DNA from: Lama guanicoe
Lineage: Eukaryota
Direction of reading: 5' to 3'
Assembly (NCBI GenBank): GCA_013239625.1
Contig: MU054189.1
Coordinates: 1 to 46,958 of the forward strand
DNA: 46,958 nucleotides
Shown here: positions 1 to 9,999 of the stretch, piece after piece
How the letters are laid out: each line of letters starts with the position of its first letter
Position numbering within the stretch: the stretch's first letter is position 1
Position numbers and translations under genes: made by a program
The notes under the pieces: model-generated
Told to the model about the DNA's origin: nothing
What the model saw: the letters and a program-made list of their open reading frames with translations, nothing else
The model's database searches: none

Positions 1-2134
1 GTTGAATTGAAATTGTGAGAATGGGAAACCTTGTCTTGTCTCAGGTTTTCTGAAAAGGTTTTCAGTTTTTCACCATTGAGTATTTTACTGGTTATATTTT
101 TGTCATAAATAGCAATCATTATGTTGAGATATGGTCACTCTGCACCCACTGTGATAAGAAATTTTATTGCAGATAGGTGTTAAATGTTATCAAATGCTTT
201 TTCTGCATCTACTGAGATGATCATGTGGTTTTTTGTCCTCTCTTCTGTTAATATGGTGTATCACAGTTGATTGATTGATTTGCAAATGTTAAACCATCCT
301 TGTGCTCCTGGGGTGAAACTAACTTGATCATGGTTTATGATATTTATTTACATGTTGTTGGATTCTGTTTGTTAATATTTTTTAAAGACTTTTACATCTA
401 TGTTTATCAATGATATTGGCATATAGTTTTCTTTTGAGGTAGTGTCTTTGTCTGGTTTTGGTATCAGGTTGATATTGGCCTTATGGTGTGAGTTTGGGTG
501 TACTCTCTCCATATCAATATTTTGGAAGAGTTTCAGGAGGACTGGTATGGATTTTTCTTAGTATGTTTGGCAAATTACCAAGTGAAGCTATTTGTTTCTG
601 AAATTTTGTTTGCGGAGATTTTTTATTTTATTGATAATTCTATTCCATTTCTGGTGATCTGTCTGTTTAAATGATCAATTTCTTCTTGATGCAATAAGGG
701 TGGGCTGAATGTTTCCAGAAACGTCTCCATTACTCTAGGTACTCCAGTATGTTTCCTTGCAGTTGCTCATGGTATTCCCTTATGATATTTTGCAAATTTC
801 TTGTACTCTTTGAAGTTTCTCCATTTTCATTTCTTATATTATTTGTGTTCTCTCTCTTTTCTTGTTGGATAGCCTATCCTGACTTTTGTTAATTTTGTTT
901 CAAAAATATTTTGATTGATTTTCTCTATTTTTTAAAATTTATTTCAGTTCTTTCTCCCTTGATCTTTATTATTTCCCACTTTCTGCTGATTTTCGGTTTT
1001 GTTTGCTCCTCTTTTCATGATTAGTTTACATAGAACATTGGATTATTTGTTTGAAATTGCTCTTCTACATTTAGGAGTGCCTTGTCACTATGAACTTCCC
1101 TCTTAAGCCTGCTTTAATTTTATTCCATGGAATTTGTGTAGTGTTTTGTCATATTTCTCAAGATATTTTTTAATTTCTTCTTTTATTTCATTACCTCCCC
1201 TCCTTGTTTTAGTACCATTTTGTTTAATCTACATGCTGTCAATTTTTCAGCCTGTTTTTCTGTGATTGATTTCTACTTTCATGGTATAATTCTCAGAATA
1301 GAACATTGAAATAAATTTTATCTTCTTAAATTAGTTGAGGCTTCTTGTGTGCCTGAGTACATAATCATTCCTAGAAAATATTCCAAGTGACATGGAAAAT
1401 AATGTATATCCTGTTTTTGGGAGAAGTACTGTTTTGGAAGTATCAACCATCTCCAGTTATTTTATCATGTCTTTTAGTATCTTTGTTCCCTTACTAATTT
1501 TCTGGGTGAAAGACCTGTCCAGTGATGGTAACAGGGTGTTATAGTCTCCTACTGTGATTGTGTTCCCAGCGATTTCTCTCTTTTTATTTATTAGTATTTG
1601 CTTTATGTATTTCGGTGCTCCAATTTTGAGTGTATATATCTTAATGAGTATAATACCCTCATTTTGTATTTCTCCTTCCATCATTTTATCATGTCCTTGT
1701 TTATCTTACTCTATGGCCTTTCTTGTAACTCTATTTTGGGTGAAGTCATTACTGCTATTTCTTTTCTTGTCAATTTGCATGGAATATATTTTTCCTTCTT
1801 CTGAATTTCAATTGATGTGTGTTCCTCTTACTAAATTGGGTCTCTTGTATGCTTCATAATGTAGGGTCTTGTTATATTATCCTATCCGACAATATATATC
1901 TTTTGATTGAAGCACTATGTCCATTAACATTTGTGATAATTATTGGTAGGCTGGTGTTTATTTCCATTTTGAACTTCATTATCCATTTGATTTGGTATTT
2001 CCTTTTTGTTCATTTCTTTTTCTTTTTGTGGCTTGATTAGTTTTCTTTTTTTATTTTGGTTTCTTTTTGGCTTTGTGAGTTCATTGTATGCTTTTGACTT
2101 ATGGTTACCCTGTTTTGTATTTATATTGACCCGT
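1..2134 (-). mobile_element. LINE-1 fragment (ORF2 endonuclease to RT region), decayed
   Basis: Minus-strand ORF 1457-1684 (IYTLKIGAPKYIKQIL...TITVGDYNTLL..LDRS) matches L1 endonuclease motifs NIYAPN.GAP..IKQ and GDFNTPL..LDRS; paralogous to 31795-33940. Confidence 0.93.
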
Positions 2135-2537
2135 AAAAAGAAATGAAAAGATTTCTTATGTTAATGATGTGAAACAATGGTTGAAACAACCATTCTACCC
2201 AAAGGATTTTACATTTAGTGTGATTCATGTCAGAATACCCATGAGACTTTTTTGTTAAATAGAAAAAATAATTTCAAAATTTATATGCAAACACAAAGAT
2301 CATGAGTTGCCAGAATAATCTTGAAAAAGACTATTAAAACAACATGATACTGGCTCAAAAACAGACACCAATCAATAGAAGAGAATAGTGCAACCAGATA
2401 TAATCCCTCAGACCTATGATCAGTAAACCCATGAAAAAGGAATCAAGAGTGCAAAATGAAGAAAGCACATTCTCCTCAATAATTAGTGCTGGGGAGATTT
2501 AACATGTAAAAGATAGAGTAGAATATTTCCTCACATT
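2135..2537 (+). mobile_element. LINE-1 ORF2 3'-half fragment, old
   Basis: Degenerate L1 ORF2 sequence such as 'tgatactggctcaaaaacagacaccaatcaatagaagagaatag' and 'ttctcctcaataattagtgctgggga'. Confidence 0.75.
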
Positions 2538-3305
2538 GTATGCAATCTATGAGCACAGAATATCTTTCTATTTATTTTGTTTACTTATTTTTCTTGCACC
2601 TGTAATTTATAGATCTATGTTTATATCATTTTTCACTTATCATATGTATTTCTATTATATTGTTTTTGGTAAAAATTTGCACACTATTATTTTCCTAATT
2701 TCTATTTCTGATAATATGTTGTTACTATATAAAAATGCAACGGATATTTGTGTATTGATTTTGTATTCTGCAAGTTTACTAAGTTTGTTCATTATTTCTA
2801 ACAGTCACTGGAGGGGTCTATGGAGTTTTTAACTCTGCATAATTATGTCATCTATAAAATCTTTACTACTTTTTTACAAGTTGGATGCCTTTTTACTTTT
2901 CCTTGACTAGTTGTTCTGGCTAGGACTTCTGATAATGTAATTTAGGGCTTGTGAAAATGAGCTACTTTTTCTTATTACTGGACCAGAGGAAAACCTTCCT
3001 GTATGTTAACATTGAACTTGATGTTACTCATGGGTTTTTCTTATATGGATTTTATAATGTTTAGTTACTTTCTATCTAGAGCGAATTTGGTAAGAATATT
3101 TTTATAAAAAAGTTAAGATCACATTTGTCAATAAATTTCCTACATTTTTTAAGACTGTTATTTTTGAATTATTTTTAAGGGATAGTATCACATATATTCA
3201 TTTGCAAATGTGAAATAATATTTATGAACCAGGACTAAATCCAACTTAACTATAGTTTATAATACTTATAATATGCCATGAATTCAGGTTGCTAGTATTT
3301 ATTTA
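2538..3305 (-). mobile_element. LINE-1 ORF2 (RT region) fragment, old
   Basis: Antisense L1 signatures 'ctatgagcacagaatatctttctatttatt', 'attgattttgtattctgcaagtttact', 'aattcaggttgctagtattt'. Confidence 0.75.
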
Positions 3306-4443
3306 GAATGGAATTTACAGATACTGAAGGTAAAATTTGCATTGCACCTTGAGTGTACATTTATTTATTTAAAAATTTTATCACTCATTTTGAATTTGGC
3401 TTATGTTTAATGGAATTTATTTTTAAATAAGTAATATAACTTTTGGTAGAACTAGATTTGCTACATTTTACTAATACAGAGCATAACTATTATTTACCAT
3501 TAGAGCACAAAACACATGACTTATAATGCCATACTATACTAACAATGCCAAAAGTTTCAGGACTGAGAAACTTATTGCTTCCTAAAATGCATATCCAGGT
3601 CTTTTCCACCCCAAACCACATATAATGTTATTTCTTTGTCTTTTGATTATTTGTTTGCTTGCCCCTTAATGGAGGCACTGCTTTTTGAACCCAGGATCTT
3701 GTGCATAAATGTATTTATCAACATCATTTTGGAACACAAAACAGAAGCCCAAGAATATGGATTATAAAGATGACCAGAATATTTATTTTCTTTTAGCGAA
3801 TGAAAAACCTCTGAGTGAAAGAATGGCAAATATAAAAATTTGTAAATATACAATCAGATTGTCTCTTTTGTAATTTTAAGGTAGAATATTAAATTATATT
3901 TGTTTCACTTATAGCACTTAATTAAACTTTAAAAAAAAATTGCCCCCTTTGGGATTTCTTAAATTTGATTGATTATTTTAATCTAATTTTATTTCATGTA
4001 TATTTATCATTTATTTATAAACTTACCAAATAAACTTATATTTATTCTTCTCATGTTTTGAATATAGAGCTACTTATTGAAAAGTACACAGATGAATACC
4101 TACTTCCATTTCAAAATGAAATTATTTTTCACTTTAATTAGAAATGATGATGAAATAATTATACATTTTCTGTACTGACCTTACACAAATTACACTTTTA
4201 ATTCCAAAACTTTAAAATTATTTTACTTATTTTGTGCATTATTTATACCCTATTCACCAATATGGAATAAATTTGTGTACAAAAGAATGGAGATTTGTTT
4301 TAATTTTAAGACCCCAAAATAATATTATTTAAAAAGATTTTGTGGGGAAAATATTTGCAGATCACACCATAAATATAAGCATCCATTATGTTTCATTTTA
4401 ATTTTATGAATGAGGATAAACACTGTCTGAATGTTTCACTTGA

Positions 4444-4475
4444 GTTCCTAGGAGACCTGACGTTTTGTTATGTCA
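4444..4475 (+). promoter_or_regulatory. Putative HSFY proximal promoter module (X-box variant GTTCCTAGGAGAC, TGACG half-CRE, TTATGTCA)
   Basis: Motifs at 4444-4456, 4458-4462 and 4468-4475, about 130-165 bp upstream of the ATG; positionally matched in copy B. Function is inferred from motif resemblance only. Confidence 0.4.
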
Positions 4476-4606
4476 TAGCTACTTAGGTTGAGAACCATTT
4501 TGATGGCCTAGCAGTTTATCTGTGCAGGCCTGCCAAAGCAGCATTTGAAGCTGCAGTGCTCAAAATCATGCAGATTAGAAAAGTACCTGTAGAAAAGTTA
4601 TTTGAG

Positions 4607-6284
4607 ATGACACACGTTTGTTCAGAAATTCAAGATGTGTCTAGTTAAGATGGACCAAATGGTTCAGGAATCTCCAGTAGATCTCTATTGTGTGATCAAA
4701 CATTCTCTGGGGACTTGGACTTGAGATCTATGATTGAAGAAAATGCTTTTCAGACTTTGTCTGAAGAATCCTTGATAAAAAGACCATGTTACACACATTG
4801 TGTTTCTGAATGACATAAAGATAATGAATTTTGTTCCCTGACATTTCCAAGAAAACTCTGGAAAATGGCTGGAAGTGACCAATTTAAATCCATCTGGTGG
4901 GATGATAATGGATCTTCCATAGTGATTGATGAAGATGCCTCTAAGAAGAAAGTTTTGGAAAGAAAGGCCCCTTCAGTATATTTGAAACAGGAATTATAAA
5001 AAGCTTAGTTAGACAGCTTGACCTTTATGGGTTTAATAAAGTGAGGCAGATATTTCAGAGATCTGCTTGTCTAGTTGACTTTCTGGCAGAAGAAAAAGAA
5101 GTCTCTGTTTTAAGCAAGGTATACATAAATTTTAGTTAACACATGGTAACATACATAAAATTTTACTTTGTACATCAGTCTATGGTAATATAAATGTAAA
5201 GCTAAATTTTTAAAATTGTATAAAACTATTAAAGCTAAAATTCATTATTTTTTTTCTAAAAAATGAGGACAGTGCCTTATGTATTCAAGATTCAGAGAAA
5301 CTTTGCTTGCAACTGTGATTCTTACCAGAAATCTAAATAAAGATATTAAAGCTGCTTTTGAAAAGTGGCATTCACAGTTGCTGCAAATGCTAACTTCTTA
5401 AATTTGATGACTATACTATTTAAATGTGTATTTTCCAAAAAAGGAACTTCAAAATATCATTAGCAACGTTCATATTTTGATGATTTTATCTTTGCATTGT
5501 AAACATGAAGTCTCAGGTTTTATAGGTTAGGCTTATTTTAGTGTTGTATTTTGGTTTAAAATATTTATAAAATCTTACTCCTTTGGTTGTAACTACAGTT
5601 CTATCATAATCAAAATTTTAAATGAGGCTGTCCCCAGCTTTTATTGAGAATAAAAAGGAGAGTTGGGATTAAAAATGCCTCTCTGGTATCTTCATTGGCT
5701 CAAGAATTCAGAAGAAGCACTTTAAAGGAGGCGGTAATGAGGATATTCATAATTCTGATTTTGTGGCTGACACTAGTGGAGATAGTACATTTTTACCTTC
5801 TGCAAATTTAAACATTCTTCGAATAAGAAAGCCCTCTTCTAGCCACATAATTGGTGATACAAATACCCCGATCAGAGATGATTTTTCTCCTCCATAATTA
5901 ATGTCATTTAGACCACCAGAACAAATTGCAGTGGATCAACGTGCTATTTTAAATCAGTTGACCTCTGTCCATGGGCACTTTTAAAGCAGCTACACTGAAG
6001 CAAATGGCCGTGTTGTGAAATTCATTACAACTACAATATCTACTTCTCAGTGCAGCATCTTTTCTCCGAGACAGAGCAATTATTTTGGACTGATGGCAGA
6101 GCCTTCTACTTTTCCAAATAGGTATCACAACATATCTGCCAATGTAGGTCATTTTTCTAAACTTCAACCAGGGAGCAACCCACGGATTCCAGTGCCAGTG
6201 ATAGCTGATACATCAGCAACCATTCTTTCAAGGTCAACTCATCAGCCATCTTCAGTTTATGAATGTCATCCTAATTACAACTGA
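4607..6284 (+). pseudogene. HSFY: HSFY copy A, two exons (4607-5118, 5593-6284), disabled
   Basis: Translates as MTHVCSEIQDVSS*...LCDQTFSGDLDLRSMIEENAFQTLSEESL...TFPRKLWKM..SDQFKSIWWDDNG...VRQLDLYGF...SVLSK / LQFYHNQNFK*GCPQLL...YECHPNYN*, matching human HSFY as I recall it. Lesions: TAA 4646, TGA 4811, 1-bp deletion ~4972, acceptor AG>AA 5591-5592, TGA 5623, 1-bp deletion ~5708, TAA 5982. GT donor at 5119. Confidence 0.95.
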
Positions 6285-6367
6285 TCTACCAAAGGACTAC
6301 CAGATTATTCAGTGAAAAATTGAATTTGGAAAATGTCAACAAATATCTGCAATTTTCATATTTGAAC

Positions 6368-6373
6368 AATAAA
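6368..6373 (+). promoter_or_regulatory. Polyadenylation signal AATAAA of HSFY copy A
   Basis: AATAAA ~85 bp after the ancestral stop, conserved in copy B at 38801. Confidence 0.6.
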
Positions 6374-6899
6374 CATAGATGTGTACCTGTAATTTCCTTA
6401 TTGTTTTTTAAAAAGGGTTAAGAGGTAAATGGTAGAGTAAGTTTCCATTAAAAGAAAAAAGTGATATTTGATTGATATGATCATTTGATGGAAAAATATG
6501 GGAGTAAATTTAAATAATTTCTTGTAAGGAAGAAGAGTAAATGGAAGAATTTGGAAAAAGACAAAAACATGGAGAGAGGGAAAATTACTAAGTTGTTTCT
6601 GGTTCATCCTGGAAAGTATGAAATTGTTAAGTTAGAATAGGTTGAAACAGGAGATAAATGCAGGAACCGGCCCAGGGATCATGGTCTCTATTATGTCATC
6701 CCTGGAATCATAAAGGTCACATGATGTAGCCCCAGATGACTCATTCAGCATGTGGTTGAGTGTAAGAAGTAATTTTATTTATGGCCTTTTTGTGCTGCTC
6801 TCAAAGCATTCCAATTGGTACTTTTACTTCCTGCCATCAAGATTCTACACTATATTTTCTAGTTAATAATTTATGTTGCTTTAATTTTCCAGACAAATC

Positions 6900-7267
6900 A
6901 AGCTTATGTCCTCAGGGTGGCATTTAATGCTTTTCCAACTCTAAGCCCACAAACTCAACTTAGATTTGTCATTTCTCTATAAATCTGACATCTAACTACC
7001 TTGGCATGTCTTTATGTTTTACTGTATCTGGAGATACATCCAGGCAAATGCTTGTCATCTATGTTCACTCCAATCTCACCACTTTTGCTCCAGCTCGTCC
7101 TTTGACTTTGTGTGTCCTCCTTTTACCTACTTAGACTTTCCCAGTCTCAGCGCAGAAACCAACTGCTCCAGATGTTTTGTCTTTCCGCGTTTCCTTCTCT
7201 AATTTGAATACCAGCACAGTAAGCATAGCACATGCCACCGGATGCATTTTAGTATTTAGTGAATGAA
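6900..7267 (+). mobile_element. Probable ancient LINE-2 3' remnant
   Basis: Ends in 'agcatagcacatgccaccggatgcattttagtatttagtgaatgaa', resembling the L2 3' terminus (..agcacagtgcctggcacatagtaggtgctcaataaatatttgttgaatgaa); left boundary uncertain. Confidence 0.4.
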
Positions 7268-7774
7268 AAATACATGTTGACTTTTGGCAAAATCAACTTT
7301 CCTGAATCAACAAAACTCTCATGGTTTTCAAACTATTTCATTATGTTCTTTACTCTTCGCCACAAACTATCTCTTTTCATAGCCAGTCAAGACAGTAATT
7401 GGAGGTAGGTGCAGGAGACAAAATATTATTTTCTTCTTTATTCATGCCTCCAGAGGTCTAAAGCATTCCAGTCTCATTTGCTGGAATTTTTCCTGTCTCT
7501 TCATTACCCAACCACCCCAAAATAGCTGATTCTCTTATCCATACCAATAACAATACTGCCTTCTAATTAATTTACTTCTTAGAATCAGAGCTCTGTCCAG
7601 AAGGGACAGTGCTATTTCAAATATTTAATGTTGGTTTTTTCACCCCACATAACTTGTGCCATTTCTAAACTTCGCACAGTAAATATCTAAGAGATAATAG
7701 CCCCTTGGTTGGGGCGGTCATATCTAGTAACCAAATTGCAATCTAAAATGTGTGGACTAGAAAGAGGTGAGGGT

Positions 7775-8547
7775 GGTAGAATTAAAAATTTGTCCAGCTG
7801 CAAGAATACCAAGTTTCTGCAGATATAAAGAAATATAAAATATTCATGGAAGACTTTGACAATTTCCCATTAATTTTAAATAAAAGGTGAATCATTTTCA
7901 GAATGCAAAGTGCCCTGGAATGCTGCAAAAATTGTAGGCAAGGTCAGGGATCTTAAGACTTCTGCTTACAATCATGCAGCCAGTGTCAGCTGATAAGAGT
8001 GGAATGGCAATATTGAGTTCTGAAAATGTGTCACCAGTTTGGAAGAAAGTCTTTGATAATCTGGAGAATGACAAATGGGCCAGGGAAAGCTCTAGCAACA
8101 TCCCATCCATATGACCTTTACCAAGAGAAGAAAAGAGCACACTTGCAGCAGGAGATCTGTAGGTAGAATTAAAAATTTGTCCAGCTGCAAGAATAGCAAG
8201 TTTCTGCAGATATAAGGAAATATAAAATATTCATGGAAGATTTTGACTATTTCCCATTAATTTTAAATAAAAGGTGAATCATTTTCAGAATGCAAAGTGC
8301 CCTGGAATGCTGCAAAAATTGTAGACAAGGTCAGGGAGCTTAAGACTTCTGCTTACAATCATGCAGCCAGTGTCAGCTGATAAGAGTGGAATGGCAATAT
8401 TGAGTTCTGAAAATGTGTCACCAGTTTGGAAGAAAGTCTTTGATAATCTGGAGAATGACAAATGGGCCAGGGAAAGCTCTAGCAACATCCCACCCATATG
8501 ACCTTTACCAGGAGAAGAAAAGAGCACACTTGCAGCTGGAGATCTGT
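7775..8547 (+). repeat. Tandem duplication, 2 x 387 bp (7775-8160, 8162-8547)
   Basis: 'ggtagaattaaaaatttgtccagctgcaagaa...ggagatctgt' occurs twice 387 bp apart with about 9 substitutions; twin ORFs 7898-8140 and 8285-8527; single copy in unit B (~40224-40607). Confidence 0.97.
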
Positions 8548-9609
8548 GTCTGGACAGCAGTGGTTTTTCCTACAACAGAAACATCAAGCTGTTATTATTG
8601 TCAGCTCAAATCAGATGGTGTATATGTTGTTGTTTATATTAGCAGTCTGGGGTTCAGATGGGCTGGTTCTGCAGCTATTTTCCAGCTCTCTTATCATTCA
8701 GTGGGTCTTACCGTGATCATTTTAAGAAGGTTCTATACTGATGATTCAAAAGCTAAAGTTTACTTTCAAAATTGAAATTCTGGGGAAAAATATTATTTCT
8801 TTGTCCATCTATAGGTTCCTACCTGGTAAAATCTAGACTATTGGCAAAAGTATAAAATTTGGCTGGTGTTTGAAAACTATACTCAGAGCTTTGCCCACTG
8901 AATTCTTCCCACTAAATACTACGAATCTGCCTACCACTGTGTGTGTGTGTGAAGATGGATTGTTAACAGTAACTAAGTTTGTCTTAGTTGAGTCATCAGT
9001 GAATTATTCCTCTACATCTGGCACAATCTCTGTGAATTTAGAGTTTCATTGAGCCACCAGATTTTCTTCCGATCAGGGAGAGGTAGATTATAATTCTCCC
9101 AGTATACTAATTGTTACCTGTTCATTGAATCCCGAGACGCGAGCTGAGGGCCAAGCCACTGAACCCTTGAATTGGACTGAGGCATATAAATTCTACAGTC
9201 CCCAGAGCCCAGCAAAGACTGTCTCTCTTTTTAACTTAAGCTTATGTCTAAGTTTTTTTTCTTTTAATTCTCATTGTTGACACAACTTATTATGGCTTTG
9301 AACACCCATTGACTAATTTATAGTGACTGAAGCTATGACTTATTCCCATTCACCTGGAAATTGCAATAACCTTTTTTTCCTTGGACTACCTGGAATAGAG
9401 TGAGCATAGTCATCATTTTGAAAGCAGTCCTCAGTCCTAATAATGCAGAAATTTTACACTTATTTGCCCAGGAATTGAGCAATTATGTTTGTTGTGGATC
9501 TCAGCGATTATCCTCACATCCCCTAATGCAACCATGAGAAAACACCACATTGTTATCCAAAATCAAGTCTTTGTCAGTATTGCATTCCCATTGCAAAAGA
9601 TTTAAGTAT

Positions 9610-9990
9610 TGTAGGAGTTCTGAGATTTTACCATGCTGAGATTTTTAGCTGCCTAGTATGTTCATTTCTTACAGATGCTGTGGGGTTAAATGAGAACATC
9701 TTTCAGAGACAGTGAACTTTATCACTTACAGCAATGACAGTTTTAAATTTGTATCCATTCCCTAATCTCAGATGAATACACAGAGAGAAAATTTGATGCC
9801 TAAAGATACAGTGTTCTGTTAATATGAAGAAAGTTTAAGGCATGGTAAAACAGTAATTTTATTAGTATCTTTATGTAAATATATTAAAATCACTTATTTA
9901 TTAGTATCTTTACCTAGGATAAGTATATCATGACTCAAGTTTAATTGCTGCAAAAACAATTATGAGAAATAACATGGGAAAAAATGACCA
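9610..9990 (-). mobile_element. Ancient ERVL-class LTR fragment (MER54/MER74/LTR53-like)
   Basis: Starts 'tgtaggagttctgagattttacc' and contains 'tcagagacagtgaactttatcacttacagca', resembling the antisense U5/polyA region of that LTR group; truncated by L1 at ~10000. Family assignment is from memory. Confidence 0.5.
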
Positions 9991-9999
9991 TTGACTTTA

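Noticed and set aside
3647..3853. Similar minus-strand ORFs MYIYK.L.LPFFHSE at 3647-3853 and 35968-36264
   Set aside because: Similarity is explained by the segmental duplication; the frames diverge internally, start codons are non-ATG and no protein family is recognised.
5949..6167. 72-aa antisense ORF open in both HSFY copies (also 38372-38590)
   Set aside because: Shadow ORF opposite exon 2 with a TTG start; short, and expected from paralogy.
7898..8527. Twin 80-aa minus-strand ORFs
   Set aside because: Products of the 387-bp tandem duplication; frameshifted relative to unit B and with no recognisable domain.
9131..9215. Promoter-like cluster (CpGs, ATTGG, TATAAA, CTACAGTCCCAG resembling a ZNF143 motif)
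   Set aside because: Spacing is non-canonical and the TATA and ZNF143-like motifs are not preserved in unit B.
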